Shown: positions 8,223 to 16,374 of the stretch, piece after piece
How the letters are laid out: each line of letters begins with the position of its first letter
Numbering within the stretch: the stretch's first letter is position 1
From: Tolypothrix carrinoi HA7290-LM1
GTDB taxonomy: Bacteria > Cyanobacteriota > Cyanobacteriia > Cyanobacteriales > Nostocaceae
Assembly: GCA_019358935.1 (NCBI GenBank)
Contig: JAHHIK010000146.1
Coordinates: 1 to 16,882 of the forward strand
Reading direction: 5' to 3'
Length of the DNA: 16,882 nt
Made by a program: the position numbers and the translations under genes
Notes under the pieces: generated by a model
What the model was told of the DNA's origin: nothing
Databases searched by the model: none
The model's input: only the letters and a program-made list of their open reading frames with translations

Positions 8223-9038
8223 ATGAAACTAGTAACAATGAAGTCGTTCATTCGAATCTTCGCATATGGCACTACCACTGTATTGGGAATGAGTGTAGTA
8301 GCAGGTTCAGCGCACGCAACTAGCTTTACACTAACTTCTCCAACCTCAGGTGGAACGGTGGCTAATGGAATTAGCCCAGTAGGTGGAATCGTTTTGGATT
8401 TAATTGGTCAAAACGATGTACGGGTGACTAGTCAGTTAGCAGCTAATCAGCTGTACCAAGGCTTCTATAGTAACAATCCAGGTAATATCGGTACTCAAAC
8501 TGGTTTTACTTCAGCAATTACCGGAGCATTAGGAGGCGGTTTGAAACAGGCTGCCATTCGCTTTACCCTTTATGACGGTGATACAGCCGCAGGCGACTTC
8601 GACTTTAATGACAATACACTACGACTCAATGGTTTGAACTTTGGCAATTGGAGCAATGTTAATACTCAAAACACTGACGCTAATGGAAATGCTGGTTCTG
8701 CCAATTTTAGTGGCGGCGGTTTCCGCGATAATACACTTGACACAGGCTGGTTCTCTAGTAGTGATGCTGCACTTCTCACTAGCTTCTATAACAGCGTTGT
8801 GAATACACAACAAGTTGTTTACCAAGTTGATGATGTAGATCCGGGTGAGAACTTTTATGACTTCACTCAAGGGATTAGTTCAAACTTCACAAACGTGGGT
8901 CAGGGTCCAACAGTACAACCACCCTCTAATGCCGTCCCCGAACCTTTTACCATCTTAGGTTCATTAACAGCCGGTGGTATCGGTGTAGCATTACGCCGCA
9001 AGCGTCAGCAGCAACAAAAAGAAGCCGCCAAAGTCTAA
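8223..9038 (+). CDS. PEP-CTERM sorting-domain surface protein
   Basis: C-terminal VPEPFTILGSLTAGGIGVALRRKR and a signal peptide ending in AHA. The start is probably 8223 or 8238 rather than 8085. The mature region is rich in G/N/T/D. Confidence 0.92.
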   Translation: MKLVTMKSFIRIFAYGTTTVLGMSVVAGSAHATSFTLTSPTSGGTVANGISPVGGIVLDLIGQNDVRVTSQLAANQLYQGFYSNNPGNIGTQTGFTSAITGALGGGLKQAAIRFTLYDGDTAAGDFDFNDNTLRLNGLNFGNWSNVNTQNTDANGNAGSANFSGGGFRDNTLDTGWFSSSDAALLTSFYNSVVNTQQVVYQVDDVDPGENFYDFTQGISSNFTNVGQGPTVQPPSNAVPEPFTILGSLTAGGIGVALRRKRQQQQKEAAKV

Positions 9039-9060
9039 CCTTAGCAGGTTTAACAAGCAA

Positions 9061-9256
9061 ATCGGTAATTGGTAATAGCGAATCGGTAATTGGTAATAGC
9101 GAATTGGTAATTGGTAATTGGGAAAGCGTTCTTTTCCCCTTTCCCATGCACCTCTTTTCCCCCCTGAAAATCCCCATTACCCATTACCCATTACCCATTA
9201 CCCATTACCCATTACCCATTACCCATTACCCATTACCCATTCCCCATTCCCCATTA
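9061..9256. repeat. STRR arrays: GGTAATT-type (21-bp superunit) then 12 x CCCATT(A/C)
   Basis: ATCGGTAATTGGTAATAGCGA units at 9061-9122; CCCATTA/CCCATTC x12 at 9173-9256. Confidence 0.92.
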
Positions 9257-9286
9257 AATATTAGCTGAAACTACCGCTACATCTAC

Positions 9287-10153
9287 ATGAAATCCATCCA
9301 CCTGACCCCGGTCAGTCGTTTAAAAAATGCCCAATTCTGGCTATTAGCAATAGGCGCGGGCTTAATTGCAATTCACATAACTTTAACTTGTAAATCAAAT
9401 ATTCCTAGCCTTTTAGGAAGCAGTGTTTTATTTTGGATTGCTGTCTCTTCTCTCATTTGGGAAAAACGCCACAGCTTAAATCTAGAAAGTGGAGTTTTTC
9501 CCAGCTTTTTAGGAATATCAATCATTGCAATTGTACTTATCAAAAGCGCATCTTTAACAAGTTTTGGTGGCTTTCTATTCCTCTCACCTTTCATTCTTGC
9601 CTTTGGTCTTGCTCTGCTAGCTTCTGGCTTTCGTGGATTAAAGCAATATAAAGGAGAATTGCTGGCGCTGTTTTTTATTGGCGCACCTAAACTATTACCA
9701 TCATTCCTGATTAAGCATATAACTTTACTCACGGCAAAACTTGCCGCTTTTATCCTTTGGTACACAGGTTTTGAAATTACTCGCTCTGGAGTAAACATTT
9801 ATCTGCCAACAGGAAGTATAGAAGTAGCTAGTGGCTGTTCTGGTGTACAACTCATCTTCCAACAATTGGGTTTAGCAATAATTTTTATTTTAATGTTTCC
9901 TCTAAATAAACAGCAAAAAATTCTTGCGCCGATAGTAGCGGCAATTTTGGGATTTATCGTCAATGGGGTACGAGTTGCTGTCATGGGTGTTATAGTCGCA
10001 AAAGGCAATCAGGAAGCGTTTGAATATTGGCATCATGGAGATGGTTCTTTAATTTTTTCCATGATTGCCGTCATACTATTTGGTTTATTTTGCTGGTTTT
10101 TACTAAATATCAATGAAACAAAAAACAAACAGCACAAGTCTTCAATAAGGTGA
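9287..10153 (+). CDS. crtA: Cyanoexosortase A
   Basis: Multi-pass membrane protein with exosortase catalytic motifs EVASGCSG (Cys), NGVRVA (Arg) and EYWHHGDGS (His); adjacent to a PEP-CTERM gene. Confidence 0.92.
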   Translation: MKSIHLTPVSRLKNAQFWLLAIGAGLIAIHITLTCKSNIPSLLGSSVLFWIAVSSLIWEKRHSLNLESGVFPSFLGISIIAIVLIKSASLTSFGGFLFLSPFILAFGLALLASGFRGLKQYKGELLALFFIGAPKLLPSFLIKHITLLTAKLAAFILWYTGFEITRSGVNIYLPTGSIEVASGCSGVQLIFQQLGLAIIFILMFPLNKQQKILAPIVAAILGFIVNGVRVAVMGVIVAKGNQEAFEYWHHGDGSLIFSMIAVILFGLFCWFLLNINETKNKQHKSSIR

Positions 10154-10806
10154 TGATTATTTGGAAACAATTTCGCCTTCCACTTTTGGCTCTCACCTTT
10201 AGCGGTGTCTTTTTAGTTTTGGGCAAAGTCATTCTATTTCCCAACGCCGAAAAAAGCACGCTTCTCCCCGTGGTTTTTCCAGATGCAGTACCATTATCAG
10301 AATGGCAGTTAAATACAAAATATTCTCAGCCTACATTAACTAAAGAACATTCTAATCTCATTGCTCAAAAGCATTATCAATACACTCAAAAAGACCAGTC
10401 CCTAAATATCGAAATGCGCTATGTGACAATTTTTGATGTTAACAAACTTATCAAAGAATACACTTCGATTTCATCCTCTCCTGTGGTGCGTCAGCAAGAT
10501 AAAGTAGGTTACTACGGGCTTGGCGTTGACAAAGGACGAGCATATTTGAGTGCCTGTATTAACCCACAAGGCAGCAGTACCTTCACCTATCAACAGTTTA
10601 TCCAAAATCGCTCTTTATACGATCGCCCTACAGAGCGTCTATTACCTTGGTTAATGGGCAAAAAGCCAATCGAAGATAAACGTTGTTTATGGGCGCATTT
10701 GTCGATTACTGTACAGAATTCTACCCCAGAAGCTGCTTACAAAAAACTGGAAAACGCCTGGTTTTCTTGGCATCAATGGTGGCAACCCCGCTTTCCAAAA
10801 CTTTAA
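10150..10806 (+). CDS. Cyanoexosortase A system-associated protein
   Basis: Overlaps the crtA stop (GTGA). It has an N-terminal TM segment, motifs YLSACINPQGSSTFT and DKRCLWAHLS, and a C-terminal WFSWHQWWQPRFP. Confidence 0.85.
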   Translation: MMIIWKQFRLPLLALTFSGVFLVLGKVILFPNAEKSTLLPVVFPDAVPLSEWQLNTKYSQPTLTKEHSNLIAQKHYQYTQKDQSLNIEMRYVTIFDVNKLIKEYTSISSSPVVRQQDKVGYYGLGVDKGRAYLSACINPQGSSTFTYQQFIQNRSLYDRPTERLLPWLMGKKPIEDKRCLWAHLSITVQNSTPEAAYKKLENAWFSWHQWWQPRFPKL

Positions 10807-10807
10807 A

Positions 10808-11085
10808 GTGGATAGGGGATAGTGGATGGTGGATAGTAGATAGTGGATGGTGGATAGTGGATGGTGGATAGTTGTTAGTAGATAGTGGATGATGGATAGT
10901 GAATAGTGGATAGTAGTCAACAACTAACAACCAACAACCCTTCGGGTTCACCACTTGCTACAACGGGGGGAACCCCCGCAACGCAGTGGTTCACCAACAA
11001 CCAACAACCAACAACCAACAACCAACAACTAACAACTAACAACCAACAACTAACACTTAACAACTAACAACCAACAACCAACAAC
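10808..11085. repeat. STRR arrays TGGAT(A/G)G then CAAC(C/T)AA, with an embedded small dispersed repeat
   Basis: TGGATAG/TGGATGG at 10808-10915. CAACCAA/CAACTAA at 10918-11085 is interrupted at about 10938-10994 by CCCTTCGGGTTCACCACTTGC...GCAGTGGTTCACC. Confidence 0.9.
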
Positions 11086-11805
11086 ATGACTAAATCAAAT
11101 AGTGATAGATTTACTCCCATAGTACAAGAGTTACAAGCGTTTGCTTTTAGTCAGCAAGGGTCGATGACTATTTTGCGATCGCTTGGCTATGGTCTGCTAT
11201 TATTAGCACTTTTTGACATCGTTGAGATGTTTGTTCCACCCAACTTTATGAACCCCGCTTGGGAATTTAAAACTTTTGGAGCGCTGGTTGAACGAGTACC
11301 CGTTCCATTAATCGGTTTGGTGTTGGTATTTTTTGGAGAAATGAATTCGCGAACGAAATGGGAATTCCCTATATTAAAGTTATTATCTTGGTTAACTTTG
11401 TTATTTGCCTTATTGTTTTTCTTACTAATTCCTTTAGGAATTGGTAACACTCTCCGGCTCAATAATCAAAGTGCTGCTCAAATTAGTACTTTATCTAAGC
11501 AACAATTATCTCAAGCCGAACAGTTTGAAAAGCAACTGAACCAAGCTACACCGCAACAAATTGATAATTTTATCAAAAGCCAAGGTCGCTCATTAGACGG
11601 CAAAAATCCTGACGAATTAAAAACTCAAGTATTGTCACAAGTTTCTCAAGCGAAGAAACAAATTCAAACTCAAGCTGAAGCAACTCAATCTTCTCGAGGT
11701 TTAAGTTTAATTAAGTCTTCTGTCAAATGGAATTTGGGAGCTTTAGTTGCTAGTGGTTTGTTTATTAGTATTTGGAGAGGAACTCGCTGGGCAAGAACAA
11801 ATTGA
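11086..11805 (+). CDS. HpsJ-like membrane protein, cyanoexosortase A-associated
   Basis: Motif PPNFMNPAWEFKTFGALVERVPVPLIGLVLVFFG; three N-terminal TM segments, a Q-rich coiled coil and a C-terminal TM (SVKWNLGALV); gene context supports the call. Confidence 0.8.
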   Translation: MTKSNSDRFTPIVQELQAFAFSQQGSMTILRSLGYGLLLLALFDIVEMFVPPNFMNPAWEFKTFGALVERVPVPLIGLVLVFFGEMNSRTKWEFPILKLLSWLTLLFALLFFLLIPLGIGNTLRLNNQSAAQISTLSKQQLSQAEQFEKQLNQATPQQIDNFIKSQGRSLDGKNPDELKTQVLSQVSQAKKQIQTQAEATQSSRGLSLIKSSVKWNLGALVASGLFISIWRGTRWARTN

Positions 11806-11881
11806 TATTTGTAAATAATCGGTACAATTAAACATCACTCTTTAAGGTTGGGCAAAAAGCATAAAGCATGGGAAAAAACAA

Positions 11882-12008
11882 GTAGGGTGCGTTATAACGT
11901 ACCGAGTAGCGCGGAACCCGTTCGCGGAGCGTCTCCGACAGGAGAAGGGTAGTTTAACGCACCATTAATGGTTCAAGCTGCCGTAATGAATGGCGGTAAC
12001 ACACCCGC
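11882..12008. repeat. REP-like GTAGGGTGCGTTA...TAACGCACC element with internal insert
   Basis: Same arms as 7324-7359, with an inner CCCGTTCGCGGAGCGTCTCC..GGAGAAGGG segment; ends in TAACACACCC. Confidence 0.7.
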
Positions 12009-12080
12009 AGGTGGTTTTATATTTAATTCAACCCACCTACTTAGTACATACCAGCTACAAATACAATCGGCTAATCGCAA

Positions 12081-12316
12081 GCTATAGCACAATACGCTTG
12101 GTGTTAGTGTTGTTCGATTCTGGTAAATCCCCCCAACCCACGCCACTTTGCTCAAGTCGAGCCAGCCGCTTGCGGGGGTTCCCCCCGTTGTGCGGACTGG
12201 CGTGGGAAACCCTTCCTGTGCAAGTGGCTCCCCTTAAAAAGGGGGGCTTAATTCCCTCCTTTTTAAGGAGGGTTAGGGAGGATCAAGTCTTAATACCAAG
12301 CGTATTGAGCTATAGC
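12081..12316. mobile_element. MITE-like element with 26-bp terminal inverted repeats, containing nested repeats
   Basis: GCTATAGCACAATACGCTTGGTGTTA (12081-12106) versus TAATACCAAGCGTATTGAGCTATAGC (12291-12316), a 24/26 inverted match. Confidence 0.75.
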
Positions 12317-12499
12317 AATCCTACTTGACTTGTGAGAATGCTTGTATCGCCATCAGCCCGATTTCTCCTGTGAAATCGGGCTTCTCATTTCTTACGATTG
12401 ATTACTGAAGATTTGGATCTACATTTCTGGCGCTGTCGCTATGATTAATAGGGGTTTGTTGAAAACAAGCTCTCTGAAAGCATCTACCCCAGGTAATAA

Positions 12500-12853
12500 A
12501 TGGTAACAGTAGTTGTCATTATTAATACTCTCATTTCCTTAATATTACTTTATATCGCTCGGCGAGTGTGGCAACTTAAAAAGCGGTTGGCGAACATAGC
12601 CAATCGGTTAACTGCTGCTGAACGCTGCACTCATGCGGTACTTGACAAAGCACCGTCCAATATTTCTATACGACAGCAGAATATCCACAACTTGCGGCAG
12701 GGAAACCAGTCGATACAAGTACAAATTCAACAAGTGCGGCAAATCTTCAGCCTGCTGCTTGTCGGACAGCAAATTCACGGGCGCTATTTTGTCAAACTTG
12801 GGTTAGGAACAAAATTTAAGAAAAAGATAGTAGTAAAATCAATTGAGAAATAA
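12500..12853 (+). CDS. Hypothetical protein with N-terminal TM helix and coiled coil
   Basis: 117-aa ORF with a hydrophobic N-terminus; co-oriented upstream of the ytxH-like gene. Confidence 0.7.
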   Translation: MVTVVVIINTLISLILLYIARRVWQLKKRLANIANRLTAAERCTHAVLDKAPSNISIRQQNIHNLRQGNQSIQVQIQQVRQIFSLLLVGQQIHGRYFVKLGLGTKFKKKIVVKSIEK

Positions 12854-12964
12854 AGGCAACAATTCCAGCTAGGATATTGTCACTGAAAAAAGATAAGTAA
12901 AATTATTTTGACTTGCAAGGCGTGAAAACCCACCTAAAATGGGTGTAAGGAGAAAAATAAGAAG

Positions 12965-13345
12965 ATGTCTAACAACCGTTCTGGAGTATTTATTGGCGGT
13001 TTGATGCTGGGAGCTACCATCGGTGCTTTGACCGGTTTACTGGCAGCTCCACGCACAGGGCGCGAAACGCGGAAAATATTGAAGAAATCTGCCGATGCTT
13101 TGCCAGAATTGGCAGAAGATTTATCAACAAGCGTCCAGATTCAGGCAGATCGTCTGTCTACCAGCGCACTGAGAAACTGGGATGAGACATTGGATCGACT
13201 GCGAGATGCGATCGCCTCCGGGATAGATGCAACTGTGCGAGAAAGCCAAGTCTTGAAGCGGCAAACCACACAAGAAAACCAAAGCGCTGCAAGAGTGCAA
13301 GTAGAAAATTCCGATTCCCGAACATCAAATCTAGATCGCCCATAA
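12965..13345 (+). CDS. YtxH domain-containing protein
   Basis: FIGGLMLGATIGALTGLLAAPRTGRETR signature; AAGGAG upstream. Confidence 0.9.
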   Translation: MSNNRSGVFIGGLMLGATIGALTGLLAAPRTGRETRKILKKSADALPELAEDLSTSVQIQADRLSTSALRNWDETLDRLRDAIASGIDATVRESQVLKRQTTQENQSAARVQVENSDSRTSNLDRP

Positions 13346-13356
13346 ATAGCATAACT

Positions 13357-13908
13357 GTGATTGACCCCCTGTTTTGGCTGGGACTATCGATTCTTTTGGT
13401 CGCCGTTAGTTTAACTGCTGTTTTAATAGCGGCTATACCAGCTTTGCAGGAATTAGCTAGAGCCGCCCGCAGTGCTGAAAAATTATTTGATACCCTCTCA
13501 CGAGAGTTACCACCGACTCTAAATGCTATCCGCACCACTGGTATGGAAATCACTGACTTGACTGATGATGTCAGTGAAGGTGTTAAAAGTGCTAGTCAAG
13601 TTGTTCAACAAGTCGATCAAAGCCTCGATAGTGCTAAAAAGCAAGCGCAAAACGTTCAAATAGGCACGCGCAGCATATTTGTTGGCGTGAAAGCAGCCTG
13701 GAAAACCTTTACACGCCAAAAATCTCCCAGGCGACAAGTTGACCGTTTGTCACCCAATGCCTCATCAGCGCTCACGTTGCGAGAACGAGAAGCCAAGAGG
13801 CAACGCAGCCGCAATGACAACGGTTACAACGACGCTGCTAACTGGGATTTCGATGATGAAGATTCGTTGCCTCAATCCACTGCCGCTGAGGAATGGTCTG
13901 AGGACTAG
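13357..13908 (+). CDS. DUF948 (YtxG/YoxC-like) membrane-anchored coiled-coil protein
   Basis: N-terminal TM followed by ELARAARSAEKLFDTLSRELPPTL; starts 11 nt after the ytxH-like gene. Confidence 0.8.
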   Translation: MIDPLFWLGLSILLVAVSLTAVLIAAIPALQELARAARSAEKLFDTLSRELPPTLNAIRTTGMEITDLTDDVSEGVKSASQVVQQVDQSLDSAKKQAQNVQIGTRSIFVGVKAAWKTFTRQKSPRRQVDRLSPNASSALTLREREAKRQRSRNDNGYNDAANWDFDDEDSLPQSTAAEEWSED

Positions 13909-14089
13909 GGCATCGGGCATCGGGCATCGGGCATCGGGCATCGGGCAAGCGTCCAAGTAGGCAAGTGAAATACGCGATCGCTTCTTTTTATTCCCATTGC
14001 CCATTGCGAGCGTGCCCATTGCCCATTGCGAGCGTGCCCATTACCCATTACCCAATGCCCATTGCCCATTGCGAGCGTGCCCATTGCCC
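13908..14089. repeat. STRR arrays GGGCATC x5 then CCCATT(G/A) units with CGAGCGTG spacers
   Basis: GGGCATC units at 13908-13942; CCCATTG-type units at 13993-14089. Confidence 0.9.
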
Positions 14090-14232
14090 CAAAAATGAGG
14101 ATGTCAAACAATGCTTTGATCTACACCATTAGATTAGAGTAAAGTAAACAAGTGTAAAGAAGTATCACTTTTACCGTATTCTTTTAAAACCACTTCTTCA
14201 CGTCTACTGTTGAAATTTGTATAAAAACGTCC

Positions 14233-15042
14233 ATGCAGAATTGTTTTTGGCGACGAATTCTGGTATCGATTACTGTATTTTTCTTGGTTGGGTCAATTTG
14301 GGTGATGCATTCCCAAAGCGCACTGGCTTATAACAATCCTGAGTTACTACCCGACAAACCAACCCCAGTTGTAGACTTAGCTAAAACTCTTACCGACATT
14401 CAAGAACAACAGCTTGTCCAAGACTTAAATCAATTTCAAGCTGAAACCGGCTGGAAACTGAGAGTTTTGACTCAATATGACCGCACCCCAGGTCGCGCTG
14501 TAATTAAATTTTGGGGTTTGGATGACAAAAGCATTTTGCTAGTTGCCGATTCCCGTGGGGGTAACATCCTCAGCTTTAGTGTCGGTGACGCAGTTTATGA
14601 ACTTCTACCGCGCACTTTTTGGATAGAATTACAAACCCGCTTCGGTAACTTGTACTTTGTCCGAGAAGAAGGCGAAGACCAAGCGATTCTCCAAGCCTTA
14701 CAATCAGTTAAAGGCTGTTTGCTTAAAGGCGGTTGCATTGCCGTTCCCGGACTACCACGAGAGCAATGGATTCTTACCCTGATTAGCTCTGTGCTTGGTG
14801 GGGTAATTTGTGGATTTGCAGGTCAACCCCGCAGCGATAAACAAGCATTTGCTTGGCAATGGGCTTTAATTTTCTCGCCTTTGTGGGGAATTTTGTTTAT
14901 AGCCTTCGGTATCGGACCAGTAGTAACGCGGACGCAGGAATGGCTACCTATAGTTCGTAATATCTCCGGTTTTCTCATTGGTGCATTAGTTGCCTATCTC
15001 TCAGTTGTTTTCAGCCGGTCTTCTCCTAGTGCTGAGTCTTAA
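14233..15042 (+). CDS. TPM domain-containing protein (thylakoid lumen 15-kDa-protein-like)
   Basis: Signal peptide ending in ALA; motifs YNNPELLP, TGWKLRVLTQYDRTPG and RTFWIELQTRFGN; three C-terminal TM helices. Confidence 0.85.
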   Translation: MQNCFWRRILVSITVFFLVGSIWVMHSQSALAYNNPELLPDKPTPVVDLAKTLTDIQEQQLVQDLNQFQAETGWKLRVLTQYDRTPGRAVIKFWGLDDKSILLVADSRGGNILSFSVGDAVYELLPRTFWIELQTRFGNLYFVREEGEDQAILQALQSVKGCLLKGGCIAVPGLPREQWILTLISSVLGGVICGFAGQPRSDKQAFAWQWALIFSPLWGILFIAFGIGPVVTRTQEWLPIVRNISGFLIGALVAYLSVVFSRSSPSAES

Positions 15043-15043
15043 G

Positions 15044-15186
15044 GAGTTATGAGTTATGAGTTATGAGTTATGAGTTATGAGTTTTTAATTAACTCCTCAC
15101 TCCCCACTTTCGTACAGACGTTACGAAAGGAACGTCTTTACCGCTTGGACGCTCCTCCTAACTCCTAACTCCTAACTTTTAACTCC
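15044..15186. repeat. STRR arrays GAGTTAT x5 then CTCCTAA x3
   Basis: Arrays at 15044-15085 and 15155-15186 flank a GTACAGACGTT...AACGTCTTTAC palindrome. Confidence 0.88.
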
Positions 15187-15242
15187 GCGCCTCTCTATTG
15201 CTGATAAGCTGTAAGCTGAAAGCTCTAGAGAAGCTGATACCG

Positions 15243-15872
15243 ATGGAATGGCACGTAACTGATGCTCAAAGTTTGGCAATCATTGATAGTGAAATTGGCG
15301 AACATGTCTTTTCACCCGCAGAGTATGAAATTGTCCGACGGGTAATTTACGCTACGGCTGACTTTGAGTATAAGTCTTTGATTCGCTTTTCTGAGCGTGC
15401 CTTGCAAGCGGGAGCAGCAGCACTAGCGGCGCGTACCACGATTGTTGTAGATGTGCCAATGGTACAAGTGGGTATCGCCCAACACATTCAAAATACTTTT
15501 GCCAATCCGGTGTATTGCAGCATGGAAGCGCTGACACGTCCCCAAAAAGATAAAACTCGTGTTGCCTGGGGAATTGAAACTTTAGCTAAACGTTACCCAG
15601 AAGGCATTTATATTATAGGTCAAGCGCAAACGGCTTTGACAGCACTAGTTGATTTAATTGAAGCGGAAGAAATTCGACCAGCTTTAATCATCGCCACCCC
15701 AGCCGGATTTGTAAATGTGGATGCGGCTAAAGAACGTTTGCAAGATTCTCTCGTACCTAATATTACAATTGACAGTCGCAAAGGTAATGCTGTGGTAGCA
15801 GCAGCGATCGCCGACGGTCTGATAGATTTAGCTTGGCAAGCTTACGGGCAAGATGGAAATCGGATAAATTAA
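15243..15872 (+). CDS. Precorrin-8X methylmutase (CobH/CbiC) family protein, divergent paralog
   Basis: Motifs SLAIIDSE, RRVIYATADF, IVVDVPMV, PAGFV and RKG; the ATG at 15243 is preferred over the TTG at 15198. Confidence 0.85.
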   Translation: MEWHVTDAQSLAIIDSEIGEHVFSPAEYEIVRRVIYATADFEYKSLIRFSERALQAGAAALAARTTIVVDVPMVQVGIAQHIQNTFANPVYCSMEALTRPQKDKTRVAWGIETLAKRYPEGIYIIGQAQTALTALVDLIEAEEIRPALIIATPAGFVNVDAAKERLQDSLVPNITIDSRKGNAVVAAAIADGLIDLAWQAYGQDGNRIN

Positions 15873-15924
15873 AATGAATTTTAATCTTGTTTGATAGCGC
15901 GATAATTCAGCAACGCCCAATTTT

Positions 15925-16374
15925 TTATGTAAAACTTAACCAAGCGAATACATCTGCAACTGATAATTGCCAGTCTTTTAATACACTGAGAACTGGTAAA
16001 ATATCTTGTCCTTCTTTAATTTCTGGTAATTGGTTAGGTTGAAAAATCATTACAGATTCATCTTCAGGGTCAAGAAACCAACCTAGCTTTGTACCATTTT
16101 GTATAGAAAATGTAATTTTACGGATAACTCGGTTTGGAGATTGTTCGGGAGAAAGAATTTCAATTATCCAATCTGGATAAATTTCAAATTTATTAGCTAC
16201 TCTCCCTTTGGCATCAAGAGGAATTCTTTGCCATTCAAACACAGCAATATCTGGAACTAAAGAGCGATCGCCAAATGTGCAGCGTAATTCAGTAAAAGCA
16301 TAAGCTAATTTTTGTTGTTTACCAACTTGATTGATGGCAGAGACTAATTCAGTTTGAATTGTACTATGTTTTCC
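15925..16374 (-). pseudogene. Uma2 family endonuclease, 3' part, interrupted by an IS607-type element
   Basis: GKHSTIQ...ELRCTFGDRSLVPDIAVF...PDWIIEILSPEQ...GWFLDP is Uma2-like. The sequence upstream of GKH is IS right end rather than the usual ...KPMPQ N-terminus. Confidence 0.85.

Larger units (their letters stand above)
246..16271. repeat. Dispersed HIP1 octamers (GCGATCGC)
   Basis: Seen at 246, 727, 2920, 4132, 4455, 6900, 11175, 13208, 13974, 15804 and 16264 (manual count). Confidence 0.9.

Noticed and set aside
10683..10954. Short ORFs over the heptamer arrays (also 8947-9177 and 13739-14111)
   Set aside because: They are low-complexity translations of STRR repeats or antisense to real genes.
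11973..12328. ORFs 11990-12328 (+) and 11973-12155 (-)
   Set aside because: They run through the MITE and nested repeats and contain no protein-like motifs.
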